NCBI GenBank assembly: GCA_041746255.1
Contig: JBGTHM010000032.1
Coordinates: 32,001 to 96,000, forward strand
From: Fibrobacteria bacterium
Lineage (GTDB): Bacteria; Fibrobacterota; Fibrobacteria; UBA11236
Length of the DNA stretch: 64,000 bases
Direction of reading: 5' to 3'
Shown here: one piece after another, positions 27,214 through 37,287 of the stretch
How positions within the stretch are numbered: position 1 is the first letter of the stretch
Layout: every line of letters begins with the position of its first letter
The notes under the pieces: generated by a model
The model's input: only the letters and a program-made list of their open reading frames with translations
Told to the model about the DNA's origin: nothing
Databases searched by the model: none
Translations under genes and position numbers: made by a program

Positions 27214-29052
27214 GTGCAGAAAATTCTGGCCATACCTTGGTTGTATGCATGCCTGATATTCATTTCGATTCATGTTTTGGCCCGCGATGATCTCCTGCTC
27301 CAATCCGACTTCTTAAGTCTGTTACTTTATGCCTCCGGAATAATCGGAATTCTGTTTATCGCATTCCTGCCGCCAATCCTATTGTCCCACAGGGTACTGC
27401 CTGCACATACGGTCGGGAAGCTCCTGACATCGGCGGCGGGCGGAGCGGCGGTAATCTTGGGATGGCTTTTCTTGATCGGCTCGTTTCGATGGGTTTTTCC
27501 GGATGTTCCTACTGCCGGGTGGCAGAGGTCGGCCCTGTTTTACGGCGGTGCGCTGGTGGCAGCCATGCTGCTGGTACGTCTACGACCCGGCCGCCTCTCG
27601 TTGGATAAACCGGTACTGCAGGTGGCCACGCTGGGCCTCATGCTCTGGGGGCTTACCTTGGTGTTGGCATGGCCCTATAAGCGCTTCCAAGCCATGGGTC
27701 CTCCTGCGATGCAGCAGCGCCATGCCGCGCTTCTCGTTCTGGACGCGCTTCCGGTGCAAGCCTTGCAAAGTTTCAATCCTGCCACGCCGCTATCCAAGCT
27801 CGACGAGGTACTTGCCAATGGGACCCTCTGGGACAGGGTATACTCCTGGAATCCCTGGACGCATGCCTGGTTCGGAACCCTCTATAATGGTCGCAGCCAT
27901 TGGCAAAACGAAAAGGGGGTTATGCAAAAACCACTGCGGAGCGACCCCAATCTATTCGGCTTGCTCGCGGAAGCGGATGTACGCTCGCGGTGGGTGGTTT
28001 TCCATCGCAACGGCAGTTGCGAAGGTAGCGCCGGTCATACAACCGGTTATCCAGGGGTACGGTCACATCTGCTGGGACCGGGACTCGCTTGGTTGCCGGC
28101 CGTACTGGGAGTGGATTTTCATCTCATGCTATCCAGTGATTCACCTACCGAAAAATTTACGGGTAACCCGGTGCGTCGTTTGATTTTTTCTCTTTTCAAT
28201 CCGGTGGGGCCGCAAGCAAACGTTTTCATGGAGACATTGCTACCGGAATTGAAAAGACTGCGACGGAATTCGTCCAACTCGCTGTTGGTTTTCCATGTGC
28301 GGTGGGACCATACCGGTGCGACGGCTTTCCAGCCCGTTTTACGCACCCTGGAGGATTCACGGGTAGCCGAAAATATCCGCCGGCACGACTATGCCTATGC
28401 TATTTCAGATAGTGACGCCGTGGTTTTCGCGCAAGAGATACGGGAGGGGTTCCGGGACGAAATGAATCTGTTGGGGGCTCGGCTTGCAGCTTTTCTGCAG
28501 GCGTTGAACGAAGATTCGAATTTGAAAAATACCGATATTTTTTTGACATCGGATCATGGCACCGTGGCGGATGATGGAAAAATATGGTATGGATACCATA
28601 CGGATGAGCGGGTGGTACGCATACCCTTCGCCCATCTCACCGGCGCGCCGAAGCGCCCCGATGGCATGTTTTTCACTCCGGATATTCCCGCGACCTTTTT
28701 GGATTGGTTCGAGGCTGAGGGGAGTCTTGGCCTAGGCCGTTCGCTGCTGCGTCATCAAGGCCGCGACTCCCTCTTCTGCCTGGCATTGAATTCGGAGACG
28801 CGGAAATCCTGGCCATTGGCGCTCTATCGGCGGGATTGGAAATTCGAGATAAATATCCACCCCCAATCCGACCTCACCTGGGCCCAGGGACGCATCCAGG
28901 GGATGCATTTCCATACGGAGGAGAGCGGTTCCGGGCTACCCTCCGAGATGGCGCCTTTTGTAGGCACGGCTTTGCATTCGCTGGGGGTTCCGCGAGGAAA
29001 CCTCCATCCCGGTTTGCTGGAACTTACTCGAGACCACACCGGAAATTTTTAG
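27214..29052 (+). CDS. Membrane-anchored alkaline-phosphatase/sulfatase-superfamily protein
   Basis: About five TM helices, then LLVLDAL, PWT (Thr nucleophile candidate), TSDHG, YGYH, RIPF. Confidence 0.75.
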   Translation: MQKILAIPWLYACLIFISIHVLARDDLLLQSDFLSLLLYASGIIGILFIAFLPPILLSHRVLPAHTVGKLLTSAAGGAAVILGWLFLIGSFRWVFPDVPTAGWQRSALFYGGALVAAMLLVRLRPGRLSLDKPVLQVATLGLMLWGLTLVLAWPYKRFQAMGPPAMQQRHAALLVLDALPVQALQSFNPATPLSKLDEVLANGTLWDRVYSWNPWTHAWFGTLYNGRSHWQNEKGVMQKPLRSDPNLFGLLAEADVRSRWVVFHRNGSCEGSAGHTTGYPGVRSHLLGPGLAWLPAVLGVDFHLMLSSDSPTEKFTGNPVRRLIFSLFNPVGPQANVFMETLLPELKRLRRNSSNSLLVFHVRWDHTGATAFQPVLRTLEDSRVAENIRRHDYAYAISDSDAVVFAQEIREGFRDEMNLLGARLAAFLQALNEDSNLKNTDIFLTSDHGTVADDGKIWYGYHTDERVVRIPFAHLTGAPKRPDGMFFTPDIPATFLDWFEAEGSLGLGRSLLRHQGRDSLFCLALNSETRKSWPLALYRRDWKFEINIHPQSDLTWAQGRIQGMHFHTEESGSGLPSEMAPFVGTALHSLGVPRGNLHPGLLELTRDHTGNF

Positions 29053-29074
29053 CGGCGCCGAGGTAAAGTCCTTT

Positions 29075-29362
29075 TCAGGCACAACGCTGCAAGAGTCTAT
29101 TTTCACGTCTCCGGTATTCTTCCTTCAGCGCCTCCAAACGAAACCGTTGGTCCGGGGCCAAGGGCGCGCTTGCGGTCCTTGAGCGATAAATCCATAAATG
29201 CGCGGCGATTTCTTCCAGGGGAAGGCCCTTGAGCCATTCACGATAACGAAGGCGGCACTCTTCTTCCTGCAATTTCTGGGGAAAGATTCCATATCGGGTA
29301 TTAACCATCTTTTTCATTTCTATAGAATAGCTCGACTTACTGGACAATTTCTGTCCCCGCAA
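29075..29362 (-). CDS. Small hypothetical protein
   Basis: Fills the gap between flanking genes; helical, charged composition; start uncertain. Confidence 0.4.
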   Translation of the reverse strand: MRGQKLSSKSSYSIEMKKMVNTRYGIFPQKLQEEECRLRYREWLKGLPLEEIAAHLWIYRSRTASAPLAPDQRFRLEALKEEYRRRENRLLQRCA

Positions 29363-29457
29363 ATAGTCGTCCTTTCCAATTGAGGCTAATGCTACTTTTC
29401 ATCCGGAGTGCCTGCGTTCCCGGTTTGCAATGGGAAGCGGCAACGGGGATTTTGCTT

Positions 29458-30627
29458 ATGAAAACCATGCTCTTCGACATGCATTCGGGCGTTTCCGGTG
29501 ATATGATTTTGGGCGCGCTTTTCGATTTGGGAGTGGATTTCGATGCTTGGAATTCAGAAATAGCCAAGCTGGGCCTCCCGGTAAAGGTGAAAAAAAATGC
29601 GGTCATGCGGTCCGGTATGGCCGCAACCTATGCCCAAGTGGAATTTCCCCATGAAGTCCATACCCACCGGGGATTGTCGGAAATCAGCACGATCATCTCC
29701 AGTTCCGAATTGAACGCCGAGGTGAAACGCCGGAGTCTGGCCATCTTCCAACGTCTGGCCGAAGTCGAGGCCCGGATACACGGTGTTACTCCCGAAGAGG
29801 TCCACTTCCATGAATTGGGAGCGCTCGACACTATCGTCGATATCACGGGAGCATGCATTGGCTTTGAAATGCTGGGTATAGAGGAGTTTTTCTGCACGTC
29901 ATTCCCTTTCGGAAAAGGGTCGATTCGCGCGGCCCATGGAAACCTTCCGCTTCCCGCGCCCGCTACCCTTGCATTGACGGAGGGATTTCCTTCGCATCGT
30001 ACGGACATCACAGCCGAACTGTGTACGCCTACGGGTGCGGCGATAGTCACCCACTTTGCCCGACCCCTGCCTTCAGGCATGCCTATGCGCCTTAGGCGCA
30101 TCGGTTACGGAGCGGGAACCCGCGACTTGCCTGACGGACCGAATGTATTGCGGTTGTGCTTGATGGAAAAAACCGACGCTCCGCCGGAAACGGAAGTTTT
30201 TCAGGTCGAATGCAATATCGACAATATGCCCCCCGACTGGCTGGCCCATGCCTCGGGGCTTCTCTTCGAAGGAGGGTGCCGGGATGTCTGGCAGGAGCCC
30301 ATCTACATGAAAAAAAACCGGGCGGCCGTGAAGCTTTGCGCCCTGGTGGATACCGAAAAATTGGACGCCATTCTCAGCCTATTCGTAAGGGAGCTGTTGA
30401 CCGGAGGAGTCCGGTATTACCCCGTGAAGCGGCTTGTCGCGGAAAAGTCGGAAACCATCGTATCCACGCCCTGGGGCGATTTGCGCGCCAAGCGGGTGAC
30501 GTTTCCCGCGCAGGGGATAGAACGGGTCGAACCCGAGTATGAAAGTCTGCGGACGCTGGCGGCAGTGCGCGGAATACCTTTACATGTATTACATCGCGAA
30601 GTGATGGAGTATTTAAAATCCTCGTAG
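29458..30627 (+). CDS. larC: Nickel pincer cofactor biosynthesis protein LarC
   Basis: SGVSGDMILGAL, His patch HEVHTHR, VHFHELGALD, TPTGAA, GYGAG, ECNIDN, MKKNR, PEYE. Confidence 0.92.
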   Translation: MKTMLFDMHSGVSGDMILGALFDLGVDFDAWNSEIAKLGLPVKVKKNAVMRSGMAATYAQVEFPHEVHTHRGLSEISTIISSSELNAEVKRRSLAIFQRLAEVEARIHGVTPEEVHFHELGALDTIVDITGACIGFEMLGIEEFFCTSFPFGKGSIRAAHGNLPLPAPATLALTEGFPSHRTDITAELCTPTGAAIVTHFARPLPSGMPMRLRRIGYGAGTRDLPDGPNVLRLCLMEKTDAPPETEVFQVECNIDNMPPDWLAHASGLLFEGGCRDVWQEPIYMKKNRAAVKLCALVDTEKLDAILSLFVRELLTGGVRYYPVKRLVAEKSETIVSTPWGDLRAKRVTFPAQGIERVEPEYESLRTLAAVRGIPLHVLHREVMEYLKSS

Positions 30628-30664
30628 GCTGTTTTACCAAGGCCCAATAACGCACCGGTGAACT

Positions 30665-31042
30665 TTATCGTACCAGCTTCCGGATTTTTTGACGCAGCAT
30701 GGCGGGTTCGAAAGGTTTGGGAAGGAATAAAGCCGATTTCTCGCCCAGTTCATTCTGAACGACGTCATTCATGGCATACCCCGAAATGTATATCACCTTT
30801 ATTTCGGGCCGTAATATACGCATGCACTCGGCTAATTCGCTGCCGCTCATGAAGGGTGGAATGACCTGATCGACGATGAGTATGTCGATGGCGGCGGCGT
30901 AATCGTCGCTGAGCCGCATGGCTTCGTCGCTATTCGTGGCTTGCAGCACACGATGCCCATCCGCCTCCAAGACCCGGGCGATGAGTCTTAGGATGGATGC
31001 GTCGTCATCAACCAATAGAAAAGTAAGTTTGTCTGCTTCCAT
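30665..31042 (-). CDS. Single-domain response regulator receiver
   Basis: LLVDDD, IVD, ISGY, LPKPF. Confidence 0.9.
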   Translation of the reverse strand: MEADKLTFLLVDDDASILRLIARVLEADGHRVLQATNSDEAMRLSDDYAAAIDILIVDQVIPPFMSGSELAECMRILRPEIKVIYISGYAMNDVVQNELGEKSALFLPKPFEPAMLRQKIRKLVR

Positions 31043-31180
31043 GAAATTTCCCCGTCAAACCTCACCAAAACTTACAAAAGGTGAGAAAAGACCTGCAAAT
31101 ATATGCTCGAACGGTGACTTAAAAACCGTCACATCCGGAAAAATCGTACCTGAGTGCGGATTTTTGAGTCCGCACCCCCG

Positions 31181-32149
31181 CTAGGTTGTGCTCAGGTGAG
31201 ACAATTTTTGCACCCGGGAAGGATGTCGCAAGCGCTTCAAGGCTTTTTCCTTGATTTGCCGGACCCTCTCTCGAGTCAGGTTGTACCGTTGCGCAATTTC
31301 TTCCAAGGTGTAGGTTGTTTCCATGCCGATACCGAAATAAAGCCGGAGCACTCTCTCTTCGCGTTCCTCCAAAGTTCCCAGCATCTTAATGATTTCTTCG
31401 CGTGTGGAGCTGTCCAGTGAGGTTTTGTCCGGACTTTGCACGTTATCATCCTTCAGGACGTCCTGAAGTTTTCCCTCTTCGTCATTCTGAACCGATGCGT
31501 CCAACGACATGGGGGACGAGCTGAGTTGCAGACATTCGTGAATGTCGAGGACATTGATTTCCAACGCTTCCGCCAGCTCATTCGCATCGGGTTGTCGGCC
31601 GAGCTTTTGTTCCAATTTTATGCTGGTTTTCCCGATTTTATGGATTACGCCCACTCGGTTAAGGGGGATGTTGATGATGCGGCTTTGATCCGCCAAGGCC
31701 GAAAGAATCGCCTGGCGAATCCACCAAACTGCATAGGAGATGAACTTGAAGTTCATGGTTTCATCAAATCGTTGGGCGGCTCGGATGAGTCCGAGATTTC
31801 CTTCGTTAATCAGGTCTCCCATCGGTAGGCCTTGATATTGATAATTGCGGCAAACCGAGACCACGAATTTGAGATTGGCCTGGACCAGTTTATTCAATGC
31901 TTCCTTGTCACCTTTCTTGATGCGACGCGCCAATTCGGCCTCGTCTTGAAGGCACAGGGATTTGTTATGGCTGATTTCTTTCAGATAATTGGAAAGGCTT
32001 ACATCATCACCCAGAAATTTCAGGTTTTTTTCCGGTTTCTTGCGCAGGGTGCTTGCCTTTTTACCGGTTTTGGAAGCCTGAGCGGCCTCATTATCACTGG
32101 TTATGGTATCTATTGATGTGAATTTATCGTTCACTGCATACTCCTTCAT
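31181..32149 (-). CDS. RNA polymerase sigma factor, RpoD/RpoS-like (short, no region 1.1)
   Basis: YLKEI, ANLKFVVSV, DLINEGNLGL, KFISYAVWWIRQ, TLEEIA, TRERVRQI. Confidence 0.93.
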   Translation of the reverse strand: MKEYAVNDKFTSIDTITSDNEAAQASKTGKKASTLRKKPEKNLKFLGDDVSLSNYLKEISHNKSLCLQDEAELARRIKKGDKEALNKLVQANLKFVVSVCRNYQYQGLPMGDLINEGNLGLIRAAQRFDETMNFKFISYAVWWIRQAILSALADQSRIINIPLNRVGVIHKIGKTSIKLEQKLGRQPDANELAEALEINVLDIHECLQLSSSPMSLDASVQNDEEGKLQDVLKDDNVQSPDKTSLDSSTREEIIKMLGTLEEREERVLRLYFGIGMETTYTLEEIAQRYNLTRERVRQIKEKALKRLRHPSRVQKLSHLSTT

Positions 32150-32314
32150 GGATTTCCTCTCGATCGCCTCTTCACTTGGGTTCGACCGTATTTTCTTTTA
32201 AAATCGTTATTTCCAGAGTGGATGCAAAGGAAAAAGAGTGTTTTGGCTATCTTTTTGCTCAAGTCGTGCTTTAGCCGAATCCTCCAAAGCTGCCGATTTA
32301 GAAAGATAGGGAAA

Positions 32315-33088
32315 ATGGCGTCGAATCGATTGATTTCCTGGAATGTCAACGGACTCCGGGCAGTTTGCAAAAAGGGGTTCTGTGATTGGCTTCTCCGGGA
32401 AGACCCGGATATTCTTTGCTTACAGGAAACCAAGGCGCATGAAGACCAGGTTATTCACGAAATGGCGCCCCTCGGAAACTATCATCGAGTTTTCACCAAG
32501 CCGGAAAAAAAAGGTTATAGCGGAGTCGCGATTTTTTCCCGTGTAAAACCACTGGAAATCGGTGTCGGGCTCGGTGTCGAAAAATTCGATCGGGAAGGGC
32601 GAACCCTGATTGCCCGGTACCCCGGTTTCACCTTATTCAACATCTATTTCCCCAACGGAAAATCCGGGCCGGAGCGCCTGGCTTACAAGATGGATTTTTA
32701 TGAACACTTTTTACAAACCGTAACGGCTTTGCTTAAGCAAGGCGAGAAAATCGTAGTCTGCGGCGATGTCAATACCGCGCACACCGCCATCGACTTGGCG
32801 CGCCCTCGCGCGAACGAAAAAATATCCGGTTTCCTTCCAGAGGAACGGGAGTGGATGGATAGGTTTCTGGCAGCGGGATTCGTCGACACCTTCCGACTCT
32901 TTGAGACCCAAGGTGGGCATTATTCCTGGTGGGATATGAAATCGGGAGCCAGGGCGAGAAATGTCGGTTGGCGCATCGATTATTTCTTTGTTAGTGACAA
33001 TCTGGCAAAAAGCGTAAAAAGTGCCGGAATTCGCCCGGAAATTGAGGGATCCGACCATTGCCCCGTCACCCTCGAGCTCTCCGTCTAA
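32315..33088 (+). CDS. xth: Exodeoxyribonuclease III
   Basis: SWNVNGLR, LQETK, GYSGV, CGDVN, GWRIDY, SDHCP. Confidence 0.95.
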   Translation: MASNRLISWNVNGLRAVCKKGFCDWLLREDPDILCLQETKAHEDQVIHEMAPLGNYHRVFTKPEKKGYSGVAIFSRVKPLEIGVGLGVEKFDREGRTLIARYPGFTLFNIYFPNGKSGPERLAYKMDFYEHFLQTVTALLKQGEKIVVCGDVNTAHTAIDLARPRANEKISGFLPEEREWMDRFLAAGFVDTFRLFETQGGHYSWWDMKSGARARNVGWRIDYFFVSDNLAKSVKSAGIRPEIEGSDHCPVTLELSV

Positions 33089-33250
33089 GGGTTGAAATTC
33101 TCCTCTTGGCCCGATAAGAAACATTCCGGCACCTATTCGGGGTGATAGCTGGGTGAATGGGATGATTTTTTTATTATTTCGGCAAATCACTTTTGAGGGT
33201 CGAATGGCCCGCCGCAGTTTTACACAAACTTTCGGGACAAAGGGGTAGGC

Positions 33251-34093
33251 GTGGAAGACGAGTGCTTGTCGGAGATGAAAAGAATTCGGGAGCTGGAAGC
33301 AGCGGTCCAGAGAAATCCATTCGATGAAACCCCGGTATTGGAGTTATGTCGCTCCTATCTGGAAGTACGGCGTTTTCAGGATGCCACCATGGTTCTGGAA
33401 AACCTGCGTGACTGCAAACCCGATACGCAAGAACTCTATTCCCTTCTCGGAATTTCCTACTTGAATACAGACCGACCGGACGATGCTTTGTACCACCTTC
33501 GTCGGGCGGTAGAACATCGACCCGAGGACGCGGGTCTGTATACGCTTATGGCGGACGCCTTGTTCCGTACGGAAAAATATCCTCAAGCCATCGCATATTA
33601 TAAGAAGTCCGCGGAAATGGAGCCGGGAAATACCGCCACCTTACGCAAACTGGCTCAGGCCTTTTTCGATGTGGGAATGATGGCGGAAGCAGTCGATATC
33701 CTCTCCGAGGCCTTGCAATACGAACCCGAAGCGCCGGAATTGTGGAGCAGCCTGGGGTGGGCGCAAATACACATGGCTCGTTATCGGGAAGCGGTCGAAT
33801 CCCTGCAAAAGGCGCTGGAACGTTGTCCAGACGATTTGCAATGCATCAAAAGCTTGGCATTGGCCGCATTCGCCCTAGGACGGAAAGAGGAAAGTTTCCG
33901 TTTCTATGAAATTGCCCGCCAGTACAATCCCCAGGATGAAGAAGCGCTTTTCGGAATGGGTATCATTTATGTTTCCGTGGGGGACTTGAAAACCGCCTAC
34001 AGGTTTTATGAAGACTTGCTTATTTCCAATCCTTCCTTAGCGGCTGATCTATACGTGAAAATCGTGGAGCAGAAAAACCTGCACCACGCCTAA
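33251..34093 (+). CDS. Tetratricopeptide repeat protein
   Basis: Tandem ~34-aa helical repeats (LG...A...Y..A....P). Confidence 0.85.
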   Translation: MEDECLSEMKRIRELEAAVQRNPFDETPVLELCRSYLEVRRFQDATMVLENLRDCKPDTQELYSLLGISYLNTDRPDDALYHLRRAVEHRPEDAGLYTLMADALFRTEKYPQAIAYYKKSAEMEPGNTATLRKLAQAFFDVGMMAEAVDILSEALQYEPEAPELWSSLGWAQIHMARYREAVESLQKALERCPDDLQCIKSLALAAFALGRKEESFRFYEIARQYNPQDEEALFGMGIIYVSVGDLKTAYRFYEDLLISNPSLAADLYVKIVEQKNLHHA

Positions 34094-34206
34094 GCCCTAC
34101 TCCGGGCATTCACTCCTTGTATTCCAATCTTCGATAATTTTATTTCGAAAGAGGTACTCCGGTCTTTGGGGTGCTTATTTATATCATGGGGAATAAGGGA
34201 GGTTAC

Positions 34207-34407
34207 ATGAATACATTTTTGAAAGTTATGGGAGGCTTTGGTTTGGCTGCTGCGGCCTTTACGTATTTCTGGGATAAATCCCGTCGCGACCAGGCCACCA
34301 TGGCCGGAAAACTGGGTTTTGAAGGTGGCGGCACGGTTGGATATTTAAAGGGCTTCGGAAAAGGGCTAAGCAAAGGTTTTAAGTCAGCGCTGCGGATTCG
34401 CGCCTGA
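34207..34407 (+). CDS. Small Gly-rich membrane-anchored protein
   Basis: GGAGG RBS; N-terminal hydrophobic segment; cationic amphipathic C-terminus. Confidence 0.6.
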   Translation: MNTFLKVMGGFGLAAAAFTYFWDKSRRDQATMAGKLGFEGGGTVGYLKGFGKGLSKGFKSALRIRA

Positions 34408-34555
34408 CAGTAATCTATAAACAGCCCCTAAAACGATTTAATTTTAAAAAAAGACGGTTTTGAATAACCTTCCCCTGCGATGGGGATAATTTATCCTCTT
34501 GACGGTATTCGTTAAAACAAATAGTTTCTTCTCTTCACCCATCAAGGAGGATTCT

Positions 34556-35203
34556 ATGAATTTCAAAAAAACCTTTATGCCCGTAGCTTTAGGGATTTTT
34601 GTAGCGGGTTTCACGAGCCTGCCGGCGGCGGAATATGATATCGATCCCTCGCATAGCGAAATCGTGTTCAAGGTCAAGTACATGGGCCTCAGTACGGTAA
34701 CCGGACGCTTCGAAAAATTTTCGGGAAGCTTCACCTTGGATACTGCCAATGTACTGGCTACCAAGGGTAGTGCGGTAATCGATGCAAAATCAATCAATAC
34801 CAACGAGACGAAAAGAGACGATCACATACGTGCGGAAGACTTCTTCCATGTGGAAAAGCATCCCGAAATCAAATTCGTGGGCAAGCACGTGAAAGCGAAG
34901 GGCGATAAAGGCTACCAATTGGTGGGTGACCTAACCATGCGGGGAGTGACCAAGGAAATCGCCCTCGATGTGCAACCCGGTGGTCTGGGTATAGATCCTT
35001 GGGGAAATACCCGAGCCGCCTTCGAGGCTACCGGATCCATCAATCGGAAAGATTGGGGCCTGCAATGGAACAAGGTGTTGGAGGCCGGCGGTTTGCTTGT
35101 AGGCGATGACGTGACTCTCAATCTGTCGTTCCAAGGAATCCAGAAAGCGGCGGCCACGCCCGCCAAAGCTGAGAAAAAAGCCGCTCCCGCGAAAAAGAAA
35201 TAG
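34556..35203 (+). CDS. YceI family polyisoprenoid-binding protein
   Basis: AAGGAGG RBS, signal peptide, IDPSHS, RDDHIR..DFF, GDLTMRGVTK, DPWG. Confidence 0.92.
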   Translation: MNFKKTFMPVALGIFVAGFTSLPAAEYDIDPSHSEIVFKVKYMGLSTVTGRFEKFSGSFTLDTANVLATKGSAVIDAKSINTNETKRDDHIRAEDFFHVEKHPEIKFVGKHVKAKGDKGYQLVGDLTMRGVTKEIALDVQPGGLGIDPWGNTRAAFEATGSINRKDWGLQWNKVLEAGGLLVGDDVTLNLSFQGIQKAAATPAKAEKKAAPAKKK

Positions 35204-35260
35204 CGGAAGTAGATAGGCATGCTGATGGAACACCGCTTAGGCGGAATTCCATCGCTCGTC

Positions 35261-35905
35261 CTACATGGCCCACATTTCAAAAACCAGCGAAGCTAAAATT
35301 TTAATGTCGCGGGTTTGAATACCTCCCAAGCCGGGAACCTCGTCTTCCAGCAAGTCAATAAAACCGTGGGTATATCGCGCGTCAAGTCCTAGAAGAACCG
35401 TGGGCGCCACCCTGAAACTGAAACCCGCTCCGACATCCACTCCCATATCAAGAGGCGCGAGGGCGGATTCGAAGTCTTCGGTCACCTCATCAAAATCGGC
35501 TTCCACCGTTAAATTGTACGCGAAATTCGGTCCGGCGAAAACGAAACCGAAAGCATCGGGATTCCCGAATTTCAGCTTAAACAACACGGGCAATGACAGG
35601 TAGGTGAGACGAGGTCTACCCGTGATTTCCACCTCATCGGGCGTAATGGTGAAATCGGAACCCCGCGTCACGTACATGGGTTGAATCGCCAGGCTAATCG
35701 GTTTGCCGAAACCGAATTCAGCCGAAAGGCCGGCAGCCCATCCTAAATGGCCTTCCGCTTCTCCCTCGGTGATGTCGGCATTCGCAAAATTTATTCCACC
35801 GATAGGCCCCATGCCCCACTCGCCGAATCCCAGGCCGGCGATAATGGCGCAGAGCGTCAGGAAATTTCTTAGGCGATATGATATTGGTTTCGATTCTACA
35901 ATCAT
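35261..35905 (-). CDS. Outer-membrane beta-barrel (porin family) protein
   Basis: GGINFA, YLSLPVLFK, FAGP, DARYTHG amphipathic strands. Confidence 0.75.
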   Translation of the reverse strand: MIVESKPISYRLRNFLTLCAIIAGLGFGEWGMGPIGGINFANADITEGEAEGHLGWAAGLSAEFGFGKPISLAIQPMYVTRGSDFTITPDEVEITGRPRLTYLSLPVLFKLKFGNPDAFGFVFAGPNFAYNLTVEADFDEVTEDFESALAPLDMGVDVGAGFSFRVAPTVLLGLDARYTHGFIDLLEDEVPGLGGIQTRDIKILASLVFEMWAM

Positions 35906-36049
35906 ATGACTCCCTTGTGTTAATTGAAGCGCCCACCTTCCTGGATCGGAACAGAGGAGGTCAGACATACGCAAAAAAGCTTTTTCGGCGCCGAAGGAAA
36001 AGCTTTTCTAATTTCTTTCCCCTTGCAAACGGTGATTGGGGTAAGTTGG

Positions 36050-37246
36050 ATGGGTACGAAAATCAATGAAAAAGTGCTGCTGCTGATATTGGCGGCGGTA
36101 CAATTCACCCATATTCTCGATTTCATGATCGTCATGCCGCTAGGCCCCCAGTTCATCCGGGTTTTCGGCATCTCCACCGCCGAATTCGGATTTTTGATAT
36201 CGGTGTATACTTTCAGCGCCGGAATCAGCGGGCTATCGGTGGCCCTCTTCATCGATCGCTTCGATCGGAAGCGTGTGCTCCTTTTCAGTTATGCCGGCTT
36301 TACCGTGGGGACGCTTTTATGCGCGCTGGCACCCACCTACGCCTTTCTGGTGGCGGCACGATTGCTGGCCGGCGCATTCGGAGGAGTAACCAGTTCGATG
36401 ACGCTTGCGATCGTAGGCGACGTCATTCCGGTGGCGCGCCGTGGCTCCGCCATGGGCAAGATCATGGCGGCCTTTTCACTGGCTTCCATCGCCGGAATTC
36501 CTATCGGATTATTTCTGGCGAACCGCTGGGATTGGCACGCTCCTTTTTTCATGCTGGTCGGATTAGGCGTCTTTATCGGATTGGTGGGTTGGTATTTTTT
36601 GCCGTCCTTGCGCAGTCATCTCGTCCCTGGGGAGGAAAGGCGCAATGCTTTTCGGGAGATGCAAAGCCTGTTGTCGCACCCCAATCATCTCCGCGCCCTG
36701 TCTTTGACGGTACTGATGACCTTTTCCGGATTCATGGTAATCCCCTATATCAGCCCCTACCTCGTCGCGAATTCCGGCCTGACGGAAGCGCAATTACCCT
36801 TTATTTACCTGATTGGCGGTTTCTGTACCTTTTTCAGCATGCCGCTTTTCGGCAAATTGGGCGATCGGTTCGGATTATTACGGGTTTTCACCATCATGAG
36901 TCTTTTGACCATTGTACCCATCGCGGTATTAACCAATCTTCCGGTGGTGCCCTTGGGGGCGGCATTGGCAGTGACCACGCTATTCATGGTCATTTCTTCG
37001 GGCCGGATGGTTCCCGGGATGGCCATGGTGACTTCCAGTCCGGCTTCCCGCGTGCGCGGGAGTTTCATGAGCGTGAATTCGGCGGCGCAACAGTTTTCCA
37101 CTTCCTTGGCGGCTTTCACGGCGGGGCTGGTTTTGCATCAAACCGCTTCCGGGGAGTTTTCGGGATACCCTAGGGTCGGGTTATTGTCGATGCTCTTTCT
37201 GATCCTGAGCGTGGTGGTGGCCCGGGGCTTGCGCTTCCAGAGGTAG
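36050..37246 (+). CDS. MFS transporter
   Basis: About 12 TM helices; DRFDRK motif A, RLLAGAFGG. Confidence 0.92.
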   Translation: MGTKINEKVLLLILAAVQFTHILDFMIVMPLGPQFIRVFGISTAEFGFLISVYTFSAGISGLSVALFIDRFDRKRVLLFSYAGFTVGTLLCALAPTYAFLVAARLLAGAFGGVTSSMTLAIVGDVIPVARRGSAMGKIMAAFSLASIAGIPIGLFLANRWDWHAPFFMLVGLGVFIGLVGWYFLPSLRSHLVPGEERRNAFREMQSLLSHPNHLRALSLTVLMTFSGFMVIPYISPYLVANSGLTEAQLPFIYLIGGFCTFFSMPLFGKLGDRFGLLRVFTIMSLLTIVPIAVLTNLPVVPLGAALAVTTLFMVISSGRMVPGMAMVTSSPASRVRGSFMSVNSAAQQFSTSLAAFTAGLVLHQTASGEFSGYPRVGLLSMLFLILSVVVARGLRFQR

Positions 37247-37287
37247 CGGGCTAAGGAGCCGGGAAAAGTATGTAAATTACCTCCCTT

